DNA of 50,513 nt from a virus, in IMG/VR virus record IMGVR_UViG_3300002098_000051, positions 1 to 50,513 of that record. One strand, 5' to 3'. The translations under genes were made by a program, and so were the position numbers. This document shows positions 16,360-26,985 of the stretch, piece by piece; the stretch's first letter is position 1, and the number at the start of each line of letters is the position of its first letter. The notes beneath the pieces are model-generated. The model worked only from the letters and a program-made list of their open reading frames with translations, was not told the DNA's origin and did no database searches.

Positions 16360-17041
16360 GTTTACCGAATCTAAATATGTTATAAGATACGCCGATCATA
16401 ACAGCAGGACGTAGGTTTGGCAATGTAAGACCGCCGGTTGCAGCAATGCCCCAACGCGACAAGTCGTTGTCAATATTTACCTCTTTTAGCGAGGTAATTT
16501 TAACCGCCGTGTCCGCGCTACCAACGTCGAGAAACCAACGTTTGTCGGCCAGCGGGAAGGGCTTCTTCCATTTTAAGCCGAAAGGCCACGGTTTCTTCCA
16601 ATACCGGTTAATATTTAGGCCAATACTATCCGTAAAAGGTACGGTAAGCGTGTCGTGGTATATAGAGTAATTTTCATCTGAATATGTGTAGCCAAAAGGA
16701 ATTTTAACCGTATCGTGAATAGGGATAATTTTTACTCCGTGTTTTGTCGCAACCAGGCCGACATAATAATCGCGCTGCTTTTCGGTTATGCCGATTTCCT
16801 TATTTTGCGAATCTAGTAAATTACGATAAACGATCATCGCCGCGTCATTGGTTATGCTTTGCGTTTTGATCGCAAAGTGAGCCTGGTTGTATAGGTCTTT
16901 ATATTTTACCAGACTATCCTTATGCACATAGTTTTGCTCCAGGTTTTCTCGAACCTTAGTTACGGCAACATCGTGCCTCCAAAACAAAAACAAAGCGAGT
17001 AATAAAACCGCTATCGATATTTTATAGATATTATTCTTCAT
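16346..17041 (-). CDS. N-terminally membrane-anchored protein in the lysis cassette (possible spanin-equivalent)
   Basis: Single N-terminal TM helix (ISIAVLLLALFLFW). Lies between the holin candidate and the endolysin, overlapping both. Confidence 0.45.
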   Translation of the reverse strand: MKNNIYKISIAVLLLALFLFWRHDVAVTKVRENLEQNYVHKDSLVKYKDLYNQAHFAIKTQSITNDAAMIVYRNLLDSQNKEIGITEKQRDYYVGLVATKHGVKIIPIHDTVKIPFGYTYSDENYSIYHDTLTVPFTDSIGLNINRYWKKPWPFGLKWKKPFPLADKRWFLDVGSADTAVKITSLKEVNIDNDLSRWGIAATGGLTLPNLRPAVMIGVSYNIFRFGKHGHK

Positions 17042-17378
17042 CTTTTTTGATCCCGATTTTTTCTGCTGCTTTCCCCATGAAAGTCACTAAAATAGATTGC
17101 CCCATATATCCCAAAGCAACGAACCCGAGGCCCAGGTATCCGTCCGCCACCTTTAGCTTCGGAATTTCATCTTTGCACAAAATAGCAATAACAACCACTA
17201 AAGTCGATATACATATAGTAACCCACTCGGAGTTAAAATATGTGCCGATCTTGAAAGTGTTTGTGTCTTTTAATTGCTTTATCTTAACTAAGCAATGAAG
17301 CAAAATACCGGCGAAGCCGAGTCCGAAAAGCATTAAGTTTGAGTAAGTCATAATATTAAAAATTAACCTGATAAACAA
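17031..17378 (-). CDS. holin candidate (115 aa, about 3 TM helices, charged C-terminus)
   Basis: Hydrophobic segments LMLFGLGFAGILLHCLV, WVTICISTLVVVIAIL and LGLGFVALGYMGQSILV, with a KKDEE tail. Lies upstream of the endolysin. Confidence 0.55.
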   Translation of the reverse strand: MFIRLIFNIMTYSNLMLFGLGFAGILLHCLVKIKQLKDTNTFKIGTYFNSEWVTICISTLVVVIAILCKDEIPKLKVADGYLGLGFVALGYMGQSILVTFMGKAAEKIGIKKDEE

Positions 17379-18318
17379 ATCTATAATCTGTAGAATCAGC
17401 CAGAGCGTTTGCGTTAGATGCTATCTGGAAATTCGTTTCGTTCATGCTTATAATAAACGGCATTTTACCAGCGGCGGCAAGCGCGGCGGCAGCGGCATTT
17501 ACGGGACTAATAGAAACCCTGGGTGTACTACCGGTAGGATACTGTGGAGCATAAGATATTGTGGTTATTGTACTTCCACCTCCTGTACATCCAGTTCCTG
17601 TTGTTAGTACGAAAAAACCTTTAACGTTATCGCTTAATGATGCGAAAACTAATGTCGCGCCAGTACCGGCCCCTGCGCCTAATGTTTTTGTGGGCGAAGT
17701 TCCGTTACCTATCATAGATAATTCCCCACTCCTCCAATTAGGAATATTTAGAGTTGTGTTTGCCGTCAGCGTTGTAGGGAATTGCATTTGCAGATTAAAC
17801 AAGCTGCTTCCGTTATTCCATCCGTAAGAAATTATATTATAAGATATATTTATTCCTCTTGTGATCCCAGCCGCTATATTAGATATATAAGAACCAACCT
17901 GCGTGGCTATAAATGTATTCGTTCCGTCTATGGTAAGAAATAAAGTTGGGTTTCCGCTTATGATATTCAAATATGCCATCATTACCGATCCTATTATTTT
18001 TATAATAGAATAACCTGCCCCAGCTCCGAATCTGTTTTTATAAGTAGCGTCAGATAATTCAGGAGCTCCGGAATTTCCTCCGATATTATTAGCCGTCTGA
18101 CCGGCATTTAAAACCTGTTGAAAATTCGGAACCGCTCCGAATCCGGTTTGATAAGGAAGGGCGTTCCATTTTGTGCTTCCGTCGCCTATCTTGAATTTTT
18201 GCGTATCAGACTCTATTGCGATCTCCTTAGATGCGAGAGTTGGGTTAGATGCCGTCATTGCCGCAGCGGTTGTGCCGAAGTGAATTACGCGCCCAGGTAT
18301 CATTTGTGTATCAGACAT
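17356..18318 (-). CDS. tail fibre protein
   Basis: N-terminal LASKEIAIESDTQKFKIGDGSTKWNALPY matches the tail-fibre/Mtd-N type repeat motif. The remainder is Gly/Thr/Ser-rich. Last gene of the tail module. Confidence 0.6.
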   Translation of the reverse strand: MSDTQMIPGRVIHFGTTAAAMTASNPTLASKEIAIESDTQKFKIGDGSTKWNALPYQTGFGAVPNFQQVLNAGQTANNIGGNSGAPELSDATYKNRFGAGAGYSIIKIIGSVMMAYLNIISGNPTLFLTIDGTNTFIATQVGSYISNIAAGITRGINISYNIISYGWNNGSSLFNLQMQFPTTLTANTTLNIPNWRSGELSMIGNGTSPTKTLGAGAGTGATLVFASLSDNVKGFFVLTTGTGCTGGGSTITTISYAPQYPTGSTPRVSISPVNAAAAALAAAGKMPFIISMNETNFQIASNANALADSTDYRFVYQVNF

Positions 18319-18329
18319 GTTGATTAAAT

Positions 18330-19166
18330 TTAAGGTGTTCCGCCGTCAATAAAGGTAGTAAAAATATCGTATGTAGTGCCTCCCCAAAATATGAAATCTC
18401 CGTAATATTCAAAAGAAGTAACGTCTAAGTCATAATCATCTACTATAACCTCGAACGTCCCTTTCGATAAATTACTCCATTCATTCGGCTTATCGGTACG
18501 AACCTGTGTTAGTAAGATTAATTTATTTCCACTTATGTAAACGCATTCGTGCTCGAGCATAGCCGAAAGAGCTTCGTAATCATCGTCTGCGGCCCAGTAC
18601 ATTTCGACAGTTAAAACTATATCCCTGAAACTTTTTGTGTTCCTTAGCTCTCGCCCTTCGCTCGCTTGTCTGTATTGCGTTCGGTCTGATCTTACCTCTG
18701 GAGCTTTTATCTGATTTAAAGGTAGTCGAAACTTTTGAAAGAAATCAGGCAGTAGGTCATATCGTATTCCATATAACACATCATTATGCCTGAATTTAAC
18801 CGGAGTTGTAACAAGCAGGCAATCATTAGAAACAAGTATCAAAAGCGATCTAAAAACTTCTAACGACACGGCTGTGTTGTAGATTTGGAAATAATAATAT
18901 CCATCAAACAACATCGGAAAAATAAAACTCTGTATATAAAGATCAAACGCAGCGGTTCCGCCATAAGCATATAAAGCTGTTAGTCCTGGTATCGTGGTAA
19001 CATAGACTCCGTGTGATGTTATTACCCTTAACTCGAATGATGCTACTCCGGCGTCACTAAGTATTTCGTCAGAGTTTACATAAAAAGAATAATCCTCTCC
19101 TGGTAAATATACCGGAGTAAAATTACGCTCAGGGGTTCTAACGTAAGGGCGATTAAGTTTTTTCAT
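18330..19166 (-). CDS. hypothetical tail/baseplate protein (278 aa)
   Basis: Assigned by position between the large tail protein and the tail fibre. Stop/start overlap with the upstream gene. Confidence 0.45.
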   Translation of the reverse strand: MKKLNRPYVRTPERNFTPVYLPGEDYSFYVNSDEILSDAGVASFELRVITSHGVYVTTIPGLTALYAYGGTAAFDLYIQSFIFPMLFDGYYYFQIYNTAVSLEVFRSLLILVSNDCLLVTTPVKFRHNDVLYGIRYDLLPDFFQKFRLPLNQIKAPEVRSDRTQYRQASEGRELRNTKSFRDIVLTVEMYWAADDDYEALSAMLEHECVYISGNKLILLTQVRTDKPNEWSNLSKGTFEVIVDDYDLDVTSFEYYGDFIFWGGTTYDIFTTFIDGGTP

Positions 19167-20158
19167 TTTGCAAAAATTGTTAACCCTAATGGGTAAGGAA
19201 CTAAAAGTGGGTTGCTGCCCATTATACCTGCGTTTATTACTTGATTCGGGCTTCCTGTGGGGTAATTGTCAACAGCGCCGGACGCCTGGCTCCACCAATA
19301 CCTCGGCGGCGTAGCGGCGTCCATATTACCACCTGGCGTTACATCGTATAGCAAGGTGAAAGTCCATGTAACCCCTGCCGGTACATTGAAGCGCTGAGTT
19401 TGGCCTGGCGAAATGCTGCACGGTATGTTTATAGTTACTGCGGCCCCACCTACTCCACAAGCGGAGCACGTTAATGTAACCTGCGTAATAGTTATAGTAT
19501 CATTCGGATTAGCATCAGATCCGTTTTGCGTGAAATTACTTATACTTAAAGGAGCATATTCTCCCGTGCCGCCAATGGTGGGACATGTAACATAATCTGT
19601 TATCGGAGCAATATAATCTGCGTCACTTAAAACATTCGGCTTTAACGTTAAAGGAGCTAAAGGTAAACCAGTACCTGTATTAATTAAAACTAACTCATCC
19701 CACGCTAAATATCCGTTATTGTTTCCTGAACTATCTAAAGTACAGTAAGCCGACGGTGCGTAAGCGATCCACGAAGTTAGTATAGGCGACATGTCTATAA
19801 ATGTATCTTCTGCCGTCGCTCCATCTGATAAATTACCTGCTGTATCTCGTATAGAAAACGCACATATCAACTGCGTTATAGTAATATCGACAGGACGATA
19901 TATTGTTAAGTTACTAACTCCGTCCCAGTATGGCTCTCGAACGAAAGCTACCGGATTTAAAAATAAATCAACAATCTGAAAAACCACAAGCGAATAGGAA
20001 TTTAACCCCAACGAAGCCGACATGACGTCAAGAGGATTGAATGTTATTGAATCCTGGTTAGCGTAAAAGGTAAGTGTTTGTGATCCTATTGTTATCGTGT
20101 AAGGGCTCGGAGTCTGAACTCCAGTCCATCTTAAAAAATTATCTCTATTCTTTGCCAT
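19163..20158 (-). CDS. hypothetical tail/baseplate protein (331 aa)
   Basis: Assigned by position in the tail module. No motif recognised. Confidence 0.45.
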   Translation of the reverse strand: MAKNRDNFLRWTGVQTPSPYTITIGSQTLTFYANQDSITFNPLDVMSASLGLNSYSLVVFQIVDLFLNPVAFVREPYWDGVSNLTIYRPVDITITQLICAFSIRDTAGNLSDGATAEDTFIDMSPILTSWIAYAPSAYCTLDSSGNNNGYLAWDELVLINTGTGLPLAPLTLKPNVLSDADYIAPITDYVTCPTIGGTGEYAPLSISNFTQNGSDANPNDTITITQVTLTCSACGVGGAAVTINIPCSISPGQTQRFNVPAGVTWTFTLLYDVTPGGNMDAATPPRYWWSQASGAVDNYPTGSPNQVINAGIMGSNPLLVPYPLGLTIFAK

Positions 20159-20160
20159 TG

Positions 20161-22872
20161 TTACAAAGTTAATTTATAAACCTTTTGAACTTGCAATGTC
20201 GCCATCTGGTTTTTCAAATTGTATAATATGTCCATAACATGACAAAACCACAAAACATTATTATCATCGGCTAAAACTAAACCGCCGTTATCTTTTGTAT
20301 CGTCACCTAATGATCCGGACAACGCATACCTGATAACATTCATTTCATTCCAGCCTATTTTTATTTTACACTCCGCCTCGGTTGGCATAAACAAAGATGT
20401 GCCGTTACGCATAAAGTCGCTGACGTTTATCCTGTTTATTTCAACTGTTAGTAAATCTCCGATATTTCCTTTATTCGGTTCTGTTGGTAAAAACTGAGAT
20501 GTAAATAAAGAATTCATTTTAATAAGCGTAGGCACTATTTTCGAAACTCTCCAGTTTTGTGATCCTGGGTTAAGAAAATATAATCCTATACCTAAAACTT
20601 CACGCCAGTTAAATAGTATGTGATCCATAGATAGTCTCCCGTTGTAAATAGTTGACGGATCAATTACGTTAGAACATATTTTGAAAGGTTGATTTCTTTC
20701 GGCAAATATCTGGTTAGGAGATGGTGGCGTTATCGTTAACCCTGTATTTATTATTTCGTCCAACGGAGCTGGTGTTATAATATATTCGTCTGCTCCATAA
20801 ATAGGATAACCTGAAACTTCCGACACAACAGTGAAAACCGTTCCCGAATTTATACCGGTAGTCGTTTGTATTTTATCTCCTGGTTGCAGCGCAGCGGATG
20901 TTATAGATACTCCGAACTGCGAAGACGAGGCACTGAATGTAATTACTATCGGCAATCCATCTGTGGATATCGTAGACGCATCGAAAACGCACGGCTCCGC
21001 TGTTGCTATAATAAATATATCGTTATCGAATGTAAGAGATTGCCCTGGGTTGGCTAAAAATTGCTGTCTGCGTTGCGATTCTATTATATAACCGGCAGCG
21101 ATTATGTTAGACTTTTTACTCAGGGTATTATTGTTATAGATAACATCTTGCAAAAGATAAGAGCCTTCTGTGCAGAATTCATCCTGCTGAACTAAATTTA
21201 ATCCCTCGTATTTATTGAACCCTATATCTGCTTTATTAAAACACCATTTTGTTGAATTCTTTTCCTTCCATCCTGATGTGTTTTTATAAACTCCGATGAT
21301 CCGGTTTTTAAAGAAGAAAGAAGCTTTTTCTAACACCATGTAATCAACTCCGTTTATATTCCTAAAACCCATACCGAGCCCAAACATAGCCTGCATATCT
21401 GCCGTGATCCCTTGTAAGTCTTTTCGCATCATATATGCTGGCCCACCGAAATTTCTTATTCCATAACCATTCGTTATGAGGTATTTATAACCATCGCCAC
21501 CTGGCGAAAAGAATGAAGATATTAATCCATTTTTTTGTCCGGTAACATTTTCGAGAAGCTGAGTTATTACATCAAATATTCGGTAAGCTGGCGCGGTTGT
21601 GCCTGGCGTTGTGGTTAATTGAGAGTAAGTTATATCGTTTTCATAATTATCAATTTGAACAAAACCAGGGACGCCAGTTCCGCCTGTAACCGCAGGGCAC
21701 ATAATGCAATGGACGTAAATTAAATCATTCGCCTCGATTGGTATGTTGGCAAATTCTTCATCGAAAGCCCACCCTTCTATTTTTACGCAATTAGCGCGTG
21801 CGCCGCCAGTAACAGATGAAAGTATAGGCGCAGCCCCTGGGTTAAATGGAAACGTTCCAACTATCGGAGGAGTCGGAGATATAGGAGGCGAAAACGCTCC
21901 TGCTATTACGGTTACTATTTTAGTGGTTCCGACTACCACATTAACTATTGTAGCGACGCCGCCAATTAACCGCTGAACAACCACTCGCGGCGTTACTGCC
22001 CAACCAATAAGGTCGGTGCTACTTCTCCAATAATAAAAAGTGCCGTGACCAGCGTAAGATATATTTAGTAAACCTGCGGTTTGCGCGGTGTATTGATTTA
22101 TTTTATCTTTAAAAGGAGAAAAAGCAGAGTTATCTAAACCGGAAGTCGATGGATCTCCAGGGGTGCCGGTTGTGTTTGGGTTAGTAGATGCGGTATCTAT
22201 TAAACCCATAGGCTGAGTGTAAACCGTTGCAAGTTCACTCGCAATCAGATTTGTTTGATCAGGTTGAATAAAGAAATAACTATCTACGTGGCTCGATATT
22301 TCATTGCTTATTTGAGGCTGCGGACTTTGCGCGATGGATTCTTCTAGCAAAGTTTTTGAATGCAACCGAAGCTGCCACGTAGATATCGGCGTAAGAATAT
22401 CGCCGTCCATGTTATTGTAATTATTTATCGTACACGGAACGGAGGCCCTCGAGCGGTACTTTGCCTGAAATGGCATCTTTTCAATAGTAACCGCGACGCC
22501 GCCATTTATCGTATCGTCATATTCATATTCGTTTAGATTTATTCTCCATTGGTTTAATAATACTGGCGTATTGCTATTCATTAATCCGAATTGAAAAAAT
22601 ATCTGCGAGTTTGGCCCCATCCCTATCGTCTCGTAAATATTTTTTAGCAAAGCGCCTCCTCCTGTTATCTTGCCGTCGTCGATAAACGAAAATAACATTC
22701 CGTAATTATCCTCTAGGAAGTCTGCGGTAAAACCATAGTAAGTCGGATCACGAGGAATATGATTGTTTATTTGATCCCAACCTTTAGGCTCAAGGATAAA
22801 CGTTCTTACTCCATTGTATAAAATGGCAAAGAATACATTAGTATCATAAATGTTAGTCTGTATAGAACTCAT
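20161..22872 (-). CDS. large distal tail/baseplate protein (903 aa)
   Basis: Immediately downstream of the tape measure gene, with a 4-nt overlap. Size and position are typical of tail tip/hub proteins. Confidence 0.55.
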   Translation of the reverse strand: MSSIQTNIYDTNVFFAILYNGVRTFILEPKGWDQINNHIPRDPTYYGFTADFLEDNYGMLFSFIDDGKITGGGALLKNIYETIGMGPNSQIFFQFGLMNSNTPVLLNQWRINLNEYEYDDTINGGVAVTIEKMPFQAKYRSRASVPCTINNYNNMDGDILTPISTWQLRLHSKTLLEESIAQSPQPQISNEISSHVDSYFFIQPDQTNLIASELATVYTQPMGLIDTASTNPNTTGTPGDPSTSGLDNSAFSPFKDKINQYTAQTAGLLNISYAGHGTFYYWRSSTDLIGWAVTPRVVVQRLIGGVATIVNVVVGTTKIVTVIAGAFSPPISPTPPIVGTFPFNPGAAPILSSVTGGARANCVKIEGWAFDEEFANIPIEANDLIYVHCIMCPAVTGGTGVPGFVQIDNYENDITYSQLTTTPGTTAPAYRIFDVITQLLENVTGQKNGLISSFFSPGGDGYKYLITNGYGIRNFGGPAYMMRKDLQGITADMQAMFGLGMGFRNINGVDYMVLEKASFFFKNRIIGVYKNTSGWKEKNSTKWCFNKADIGFNKYEGLNLVQQDEFCTEGSYLLQDVIYNNNTLSKKSNIIAAGYIIESQRRQQFLANPGQSLTFDNDIFIIATAEPCVFDASTISTDGLPIVITFSASSSQFGVSITSAALQPGDKIQTTTGINSGTVFTVVSEVSGYPIYGADEYIITPAPLDEIINTGLTITPPSPNQIFAERNQPFKICSNVIDPSTIYNGRLSMDHILFNWREVLGIGLYFLNPGSQNWRVSKIVPTLIKMNSLFTSQFLPTEPNKGNIGDLLTVEINRINVSDFMRNGTSLFMPTEAECKIKIGWNEMNVIRYALSGSLGDDTKDNGGLVLADDNNVLWFCHVMDILYNLKNQMATLQVQKVYKLTL

Positions 22873-25800
22873 AATCCGTTTCTTTCTTGAACTCTGAATA
22901 AACGATCCGAAACTCCTTTAGCCGGTAATTTAACCACAACCGGAGGCATCGATTTTATAGCGTCTGACATTGCATCTCTCATGTCTGATTTAGATAGCAT
23001 ATTCGTAACAACTATTTTCGCCACCTCTCGTTTTTGGTTTTCCTCTTTTTTGATCACAGCCCCAGTACCTTTCAGGAGATCATTAAGCCACTTATCTTTC
23101 GTCGTTATATCCTCGTTGCTTTGGCTTAATATTTTCAATGACTGCTCGTGCGTATGTACTTTATCGCTGGCATGAAGGAAGGTTGTGGTTTCTTTACCAC
23201 CTCCCTCTACACGCAACTGGCCGTCGCGCTCAATAAGCTCGAAGCCCTTTTCATTTATACGGGCGAATTCGTCTTTACCCATGCCGCGCCCGACAAAGTA
23301 ATTAGGTAAGGGCTTCGATGTAATTGCCGCCGCTTGTGCTAACCCCAAACCGCCGACAATAGCAGCAACCACCATGTCGTAGGGCCACTCATAATCCGCT
23401 AACGCTTTAGCTATACCCATAGCCGTGCTGATCGCAACCGAGAAAAGTCCTTGCTCTCTTTCCGCCTCTGCTTCTTTTCTTTTTAAAGCGAGCATTTTAT
23501 CGTGCAACTGTTGAGATATTCTTTGCCTGGCCGCAGCATTGTTACCGGCTAAATTCATTTCAAAATCCGCAGACGCTTGCATCGCGCTCATTTGGCTTTC
23601 GATTAAATCTTGCTGATGTTTAAAGAAGTTATTGGCCAGCGTTGTGCCTAACTCGTAACTCTTATTCCACACCGCCTCTTTCCCTGCTGCTTCTTTTTCG
23701 GCTATTGCTATTTTCTTTTTACTATTGGCGGCCTCTACATCAATCTCGCTTTGTCCGAGTTGTTTTTGCAATCCGTTAAGTTTTTCCGGATCGGTAGCGC
23801 GACCAAAAACAGATGAGGCGTTATTTTCATTAGCTAATGCCTCTTTTAATTTCTTATTTTTTGCCGACGCTTTATCTATCTGACGGTCGATGTCCGATAT
23901 TTGTTTGTCGAAATCATCGTTTGCGCTACCTAACCCAAACATCGCGAGTATCGGAGACGTCTTTTTCGCGTCCTTTAAGTCTTCATCGTGATATTTCTTT
24001 TCTTTACCTAACTCTTCGGATATTTCATCTAACTCTTGACGACCTTTACGAAGTCTATCTATATAGGCGTCCAGGTTTTTTAATGCTTCTGCGTTTTTTT
24101 TATCTGATGCTTCCTGTATTTTACGCAACGCCTGTGCACCTTTTATTTCCGCAAGGGCTAAATCGTGTTCGATAGCCGTTTTGTCTTCTAAATACTTCTT
24201 ATCATCTTTCCCAGCTCCTTTATGATAGTCCTCGAGTATTTGCAGACGCTGGCGGTATAGATCGCGAGCCATCGTTAGATTCGCGTTTTCCATAGCGATC
24301 TCATCGATGTCGAGCTTTTGACCTTTTTCGTATCCAAGTTTGACAATATCCGCCCACCGCGTATAAAACGATTCGGCATCCTTTAATCTTTGCTCAAACG
24401 CTTTGCGAGCTTCCTGGGCCGAATGATCAGCTCCGCCTTCGTATGTGCTATTATTGTGGGTATTAGGATTTGGGTGATCCTTTATTTCGTTTAATACCGC
24501 ATCTATTTTATCTTGTATTGCTTTATCTTTCTCTTCATATATGTTTTGCCCGATCTTATTCATTGAAGCTATTTGCTTCTGCTGTTGCGCTACCATTGCT
24601 GGGTCTTCTCCGCGAGTGTCTGGTTTATATTGTGCTATCTCCTTCGGTTTGTTAAGTTTGTTTTCGACGCGCTCTTTTTCTAACTCCAGTAACTTACTTT
24701 CCAGAGCTTCGGCGTAAGCCGTTTCCTCGAGCTTTTTTATATAGCGATCCAGTATCGCTATACCTTTTTCAGTCTCTATATTCTGCAATGTTAGTCCGGA
24801 TAAATTCTTTTCATTTAATGCTACCAATTTTTCTAACGCCTTATTTCTTTCATCGAGAGTATTGCTATGATGTTTTATTATATCGACTAATTTATTTACC
24901 GCCGCTATTTCATCTGCCACATTTCTGTTTGCTATCAACTGCACTTCGTTTAATGCTTTTTTCGCATTCAACTCCCTCAGCTCTGCTTCGGCTTTTTCAT
25001 GCACAGCCTTCGTTGCGTTTCGTGTAGACGCTGCGTATGCGACAAGGGCCGCTGCGCCTATTGCTATTACAGCTATTACGGCGGTTAATGGGTTAGCCAT
25101 TTCAGCGGCATTAAAGGCGAGCTGGGCCGCTGTTGCCGCCTTCGTTTCGCCGGTAAACAATACCAACGCCTGGGTGTATGCAATCTGCGACGTGGTAGCC
25201 AAAGCGTCCCAGCCAACCTTTGCGCGTTGCACAATATTGTAAAGAACCGTCCCTTCGGTTGTCAGCTTAGTATAGGTATATTGAGCGATCATTGCCGCCG
25301 TTAATAGGCCCAGGGCGACGGTTATTGGCCCCAGAGGTAAGATCATAAGTGCGGAAGCCAACGCAGCCAGGATCGGCAACATAAACTCTCCTATCTGCTT
25401 TTGTAGGTCTTTTATTTTACGAGTAAAACCGGCAATCTTTCCAGAGTCGCTATCCTCGAACGCTGCGGCAGCTCCGGCAACCTTCGGGCCGAGCTGATTC
25501 ATTATTATACCAAATCGCTCTATTTCATTTCCTCCATCCTTTACATCTATACCGAGCTCTTTCAACCCTCTCCCCTGGCCCTCGAGAGCTTTAAGGAATG
25601 TCGCCGTGCTTTGCTCTATCGTTTCATTTTGTTTAGCGGCATAATTTATAATGACCGGAAGAAGTTGATCTATTTGCTCCTCGCTTAATTTTGCGTAAGT
25701 GATTAATTTAGAAAAAGCTGTATTAAGCTCGGCCTCTCCGAGATACTTAAACTCTTCGCGCAGCTTTTCAACCTTTGCCTCTATACCTTCCAGCTCTTCG

Positions 25801-26966
25801 CCCTTGCCAAAAGACTCGAGCGTATTGCGGAGCTGCACCGTTGCCCGTTCTGCTTTTTCCACTTCTTCTTTAATCCCTTCGAAGAAATTAATAACCTCGT
25901 TAAGGACAAAGAATGCGATAAATAATTCCTTTAGTTGCTCTACTCCCTTTTCCGCCGCCTCGGTTATTCCTTCGTGTATGGAAGTGCCTACGCCTCGCAT
26001 TTCCGCCTGAAGTTGTTTTGCCAATACCGACAAACGCTCAAACTCAACACTATCCATCCGTCCGGCTTCGGCCAACCGGTTCATCTCGGATGTTACCATT
26101 GTTAACTGAGTACCAGTCCCACCTAAACTCGACGTCAATGTGGTAAGAGTTGAATTTAGATTGCCATAAGTAACCGAGCCCTCTTGTCCGGATGACTTTA
26201 GCATTTCCATCTCTTTTCTTATTTGGGCCGCTTTTTGTATGTCACCGAGATAGTTTCCGACATTGCGGTTATGAATATTTATCTGAGCGTCGAATTCTTT
26301 CAGCGCCTGGGTGTTTTTAAATATCTGATCACGTAAAGCATTCGCGGCGGTATTGTTTTGATTCATGCCGCCTTCCATTGCTTTTAGTGATATTATTAAT
26401 CTTTTATTTTCCGCATCGAGCGAAGCGTATGAGTTTTGTGCAATCTTTACAACGTCGGTAGTGGTTTTGAATGCCGTTGTTAGTTGGGTTATCTTTTCTT
26501 TTGTATCCTGAGCGGCCATTGAAAGAGTTTTCATTTGGGCTGCGTGGTTTGCGTTTGCAGGTGATAATTTATCGTACTCCGCCTGTAAGCGTTTATATTC
26601 TTCTTTCAAACCTGCTACCGAATCTGTGGCCAGCTTTTCAACATCCTTTAAACCCTTCTTTGCATCGACTAAATTTTTTACCGCTTTTTCTTGCTGGGCC
26701 ATCGCGTCGGTGTATGCGATTAGAGCGTTTTGCCCTTCTTTAGTAGAGTAGGTAGTGGCCGCGATTTGATCCACCAACGATTTTGTGCTATTAGCTATTT
26801 CTTTAGTTTGATTAGTTAGGTTTGAAAAATTACTTCCCATAACAGTTTCGATGAACTGTTTATAAGACGCATTTAACTCGCCAATCATCTCTGTCGCCGA
26901 CTTAACATCGGAATTATCCTGAAAATTAAAAAGGTCGCTAAACCTTATCGGATTGCCCTGTCCCAT
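22869..26966 (-). CDS. tail tape measure protein
   Basis: 1365 aa, with long coiled-coil Ala/Lys/Glu/Gln-rich regions and central hydrophobic segments (LPILAALASALMILPLGPITVALGLLTAAMIA). Preceded by a chaperone pair. Confidence 0.85.
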   Translation of the reverse strand: MGQGNPIRFSDLFNFQDNSDVKSATEMIGELNASYKQFIETVMGSNFSNLTNQTKEIANSTKSLVDQIAATTYSTKEGQNALIAYTDAMAQQEKAVKNLVDAKKGLKDVEKLATDSVAGLKEEYKRLQAEYDKLSPANANHAAQMKTLSMAAQDTKEKITQLTTAFKTTTDVVKIAQNSYASLDAENKRLIISLKAMEGGMNQNNTAANALRDQIFKNTQALKEFDAQINIHNRNVGNYLGDIQKAAQIRKEMEMLKSSGQEGSVTYGNLNSTLTTLTSSLGGTGTQLTMVTSEMNRLAEAGRMDSVEFERLSVLAKQLQAEMRGVGTSIHEGITEAAEKGVEQLKELFIAFFVLNEVINFFEGIKEEVEKAERATVQLRNTLESFGKGEELEGIEAKVEKLREEFKYLGEAELNTAFSKLITYAKLSEEQIDQLLPVIINYAAKQNETIEQSTATFLKALEGQGRGLKELGIDVKDGGNEIERFGIIMNQLGPKVAGAAAAFEDSDSGKIAGFTRKIKDLQKQIGEFMLPILAALASALMILPLGPITVALGLLTAAMIAQYTYTKLTTEGTVLYNIVQRAKVGWDALATTSQIAYTQALVLFTGETKAATAAQLAFNAAEMANPLTAVIAVIAIGAAALVAYAASTRNATKAVHEKAEAELRELNAKKALNEVQLIANRNVADEIAAVNKLVDIIKHHSNTLDERNKALEKLVALNEKNLSGLTLQNIETEKGIAILDRYIKKLEETAYAEALESKLLELEKERVENKLNKPKEIAQYKPDTRGEDPAMVAQQQKQIASMNKIGQNIYEEKDKAIQDKIDAVLNEIKDHPNPNTHNNSTYEGGADHSAQEARKAFEQRLKDAESFYTRWADIVKLGYEKGQKLDIDEIAMENANLTMARDLYRQRLQILEDYHKGAGKDDKKYLEDKTAIEHDLALAEIKGAQALRKIQEASDKKNAEALKNLDAYIDRLRKGRQELDEISEELGKEKKYHDEDLKDAKKTSPILAMFGLGSANDDFDKQISDIDRQIDKASAKNKKLKEALANENNASSVFGRATDPEKLNGLQKQLGQSEIDVEAANSKKKIAIAEKEAAGKEAVWNKSYELGTTLANNFFKHQQDLIESQMSAMQASADFEMNLAGNNAAARQRISQQLHDKMLALKRKEAEAEREQGLFSVAISTAMGIAKALADYEWPYDMVVAAIVGGLGLAQAAAITSKPLPNYFVGRGMGKDEFARINEKGFELIERDGQLRVEGGGKETTTFLHASDKVHTHEQSLKILSQSNEDITTKDKWLNDLLKGTGAVIKKEENQKREVAKIVVTNMLSKSDMRDAMSDAIKSMPPVVVKLPAKGVSDRLFRVQERNGL

Positions 26967-26985
26967 AGCATTAAAGGTAATAATA

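Noticed and set aside
17356-18318. Diversity-generating retroelement, suggested by the Mtd-N-like tail-fibre motif
   Set aside because: There is no reverse transcriptase ORF anywhere in the window. I noticed no template/variable repeat pair near the fibre 3' end.
22981-26743. Seven plus-strand ORFs (60-112 aa) inside the tape measure gene
   Set aside because: They are antisense to a 1365-aa ORF that has clear tape-measure features. Their composition is low-complexity Ser/Leu/Phe/Pro, typical of the shadow frame of Lys/Glu/Ala-rich coding sequence.
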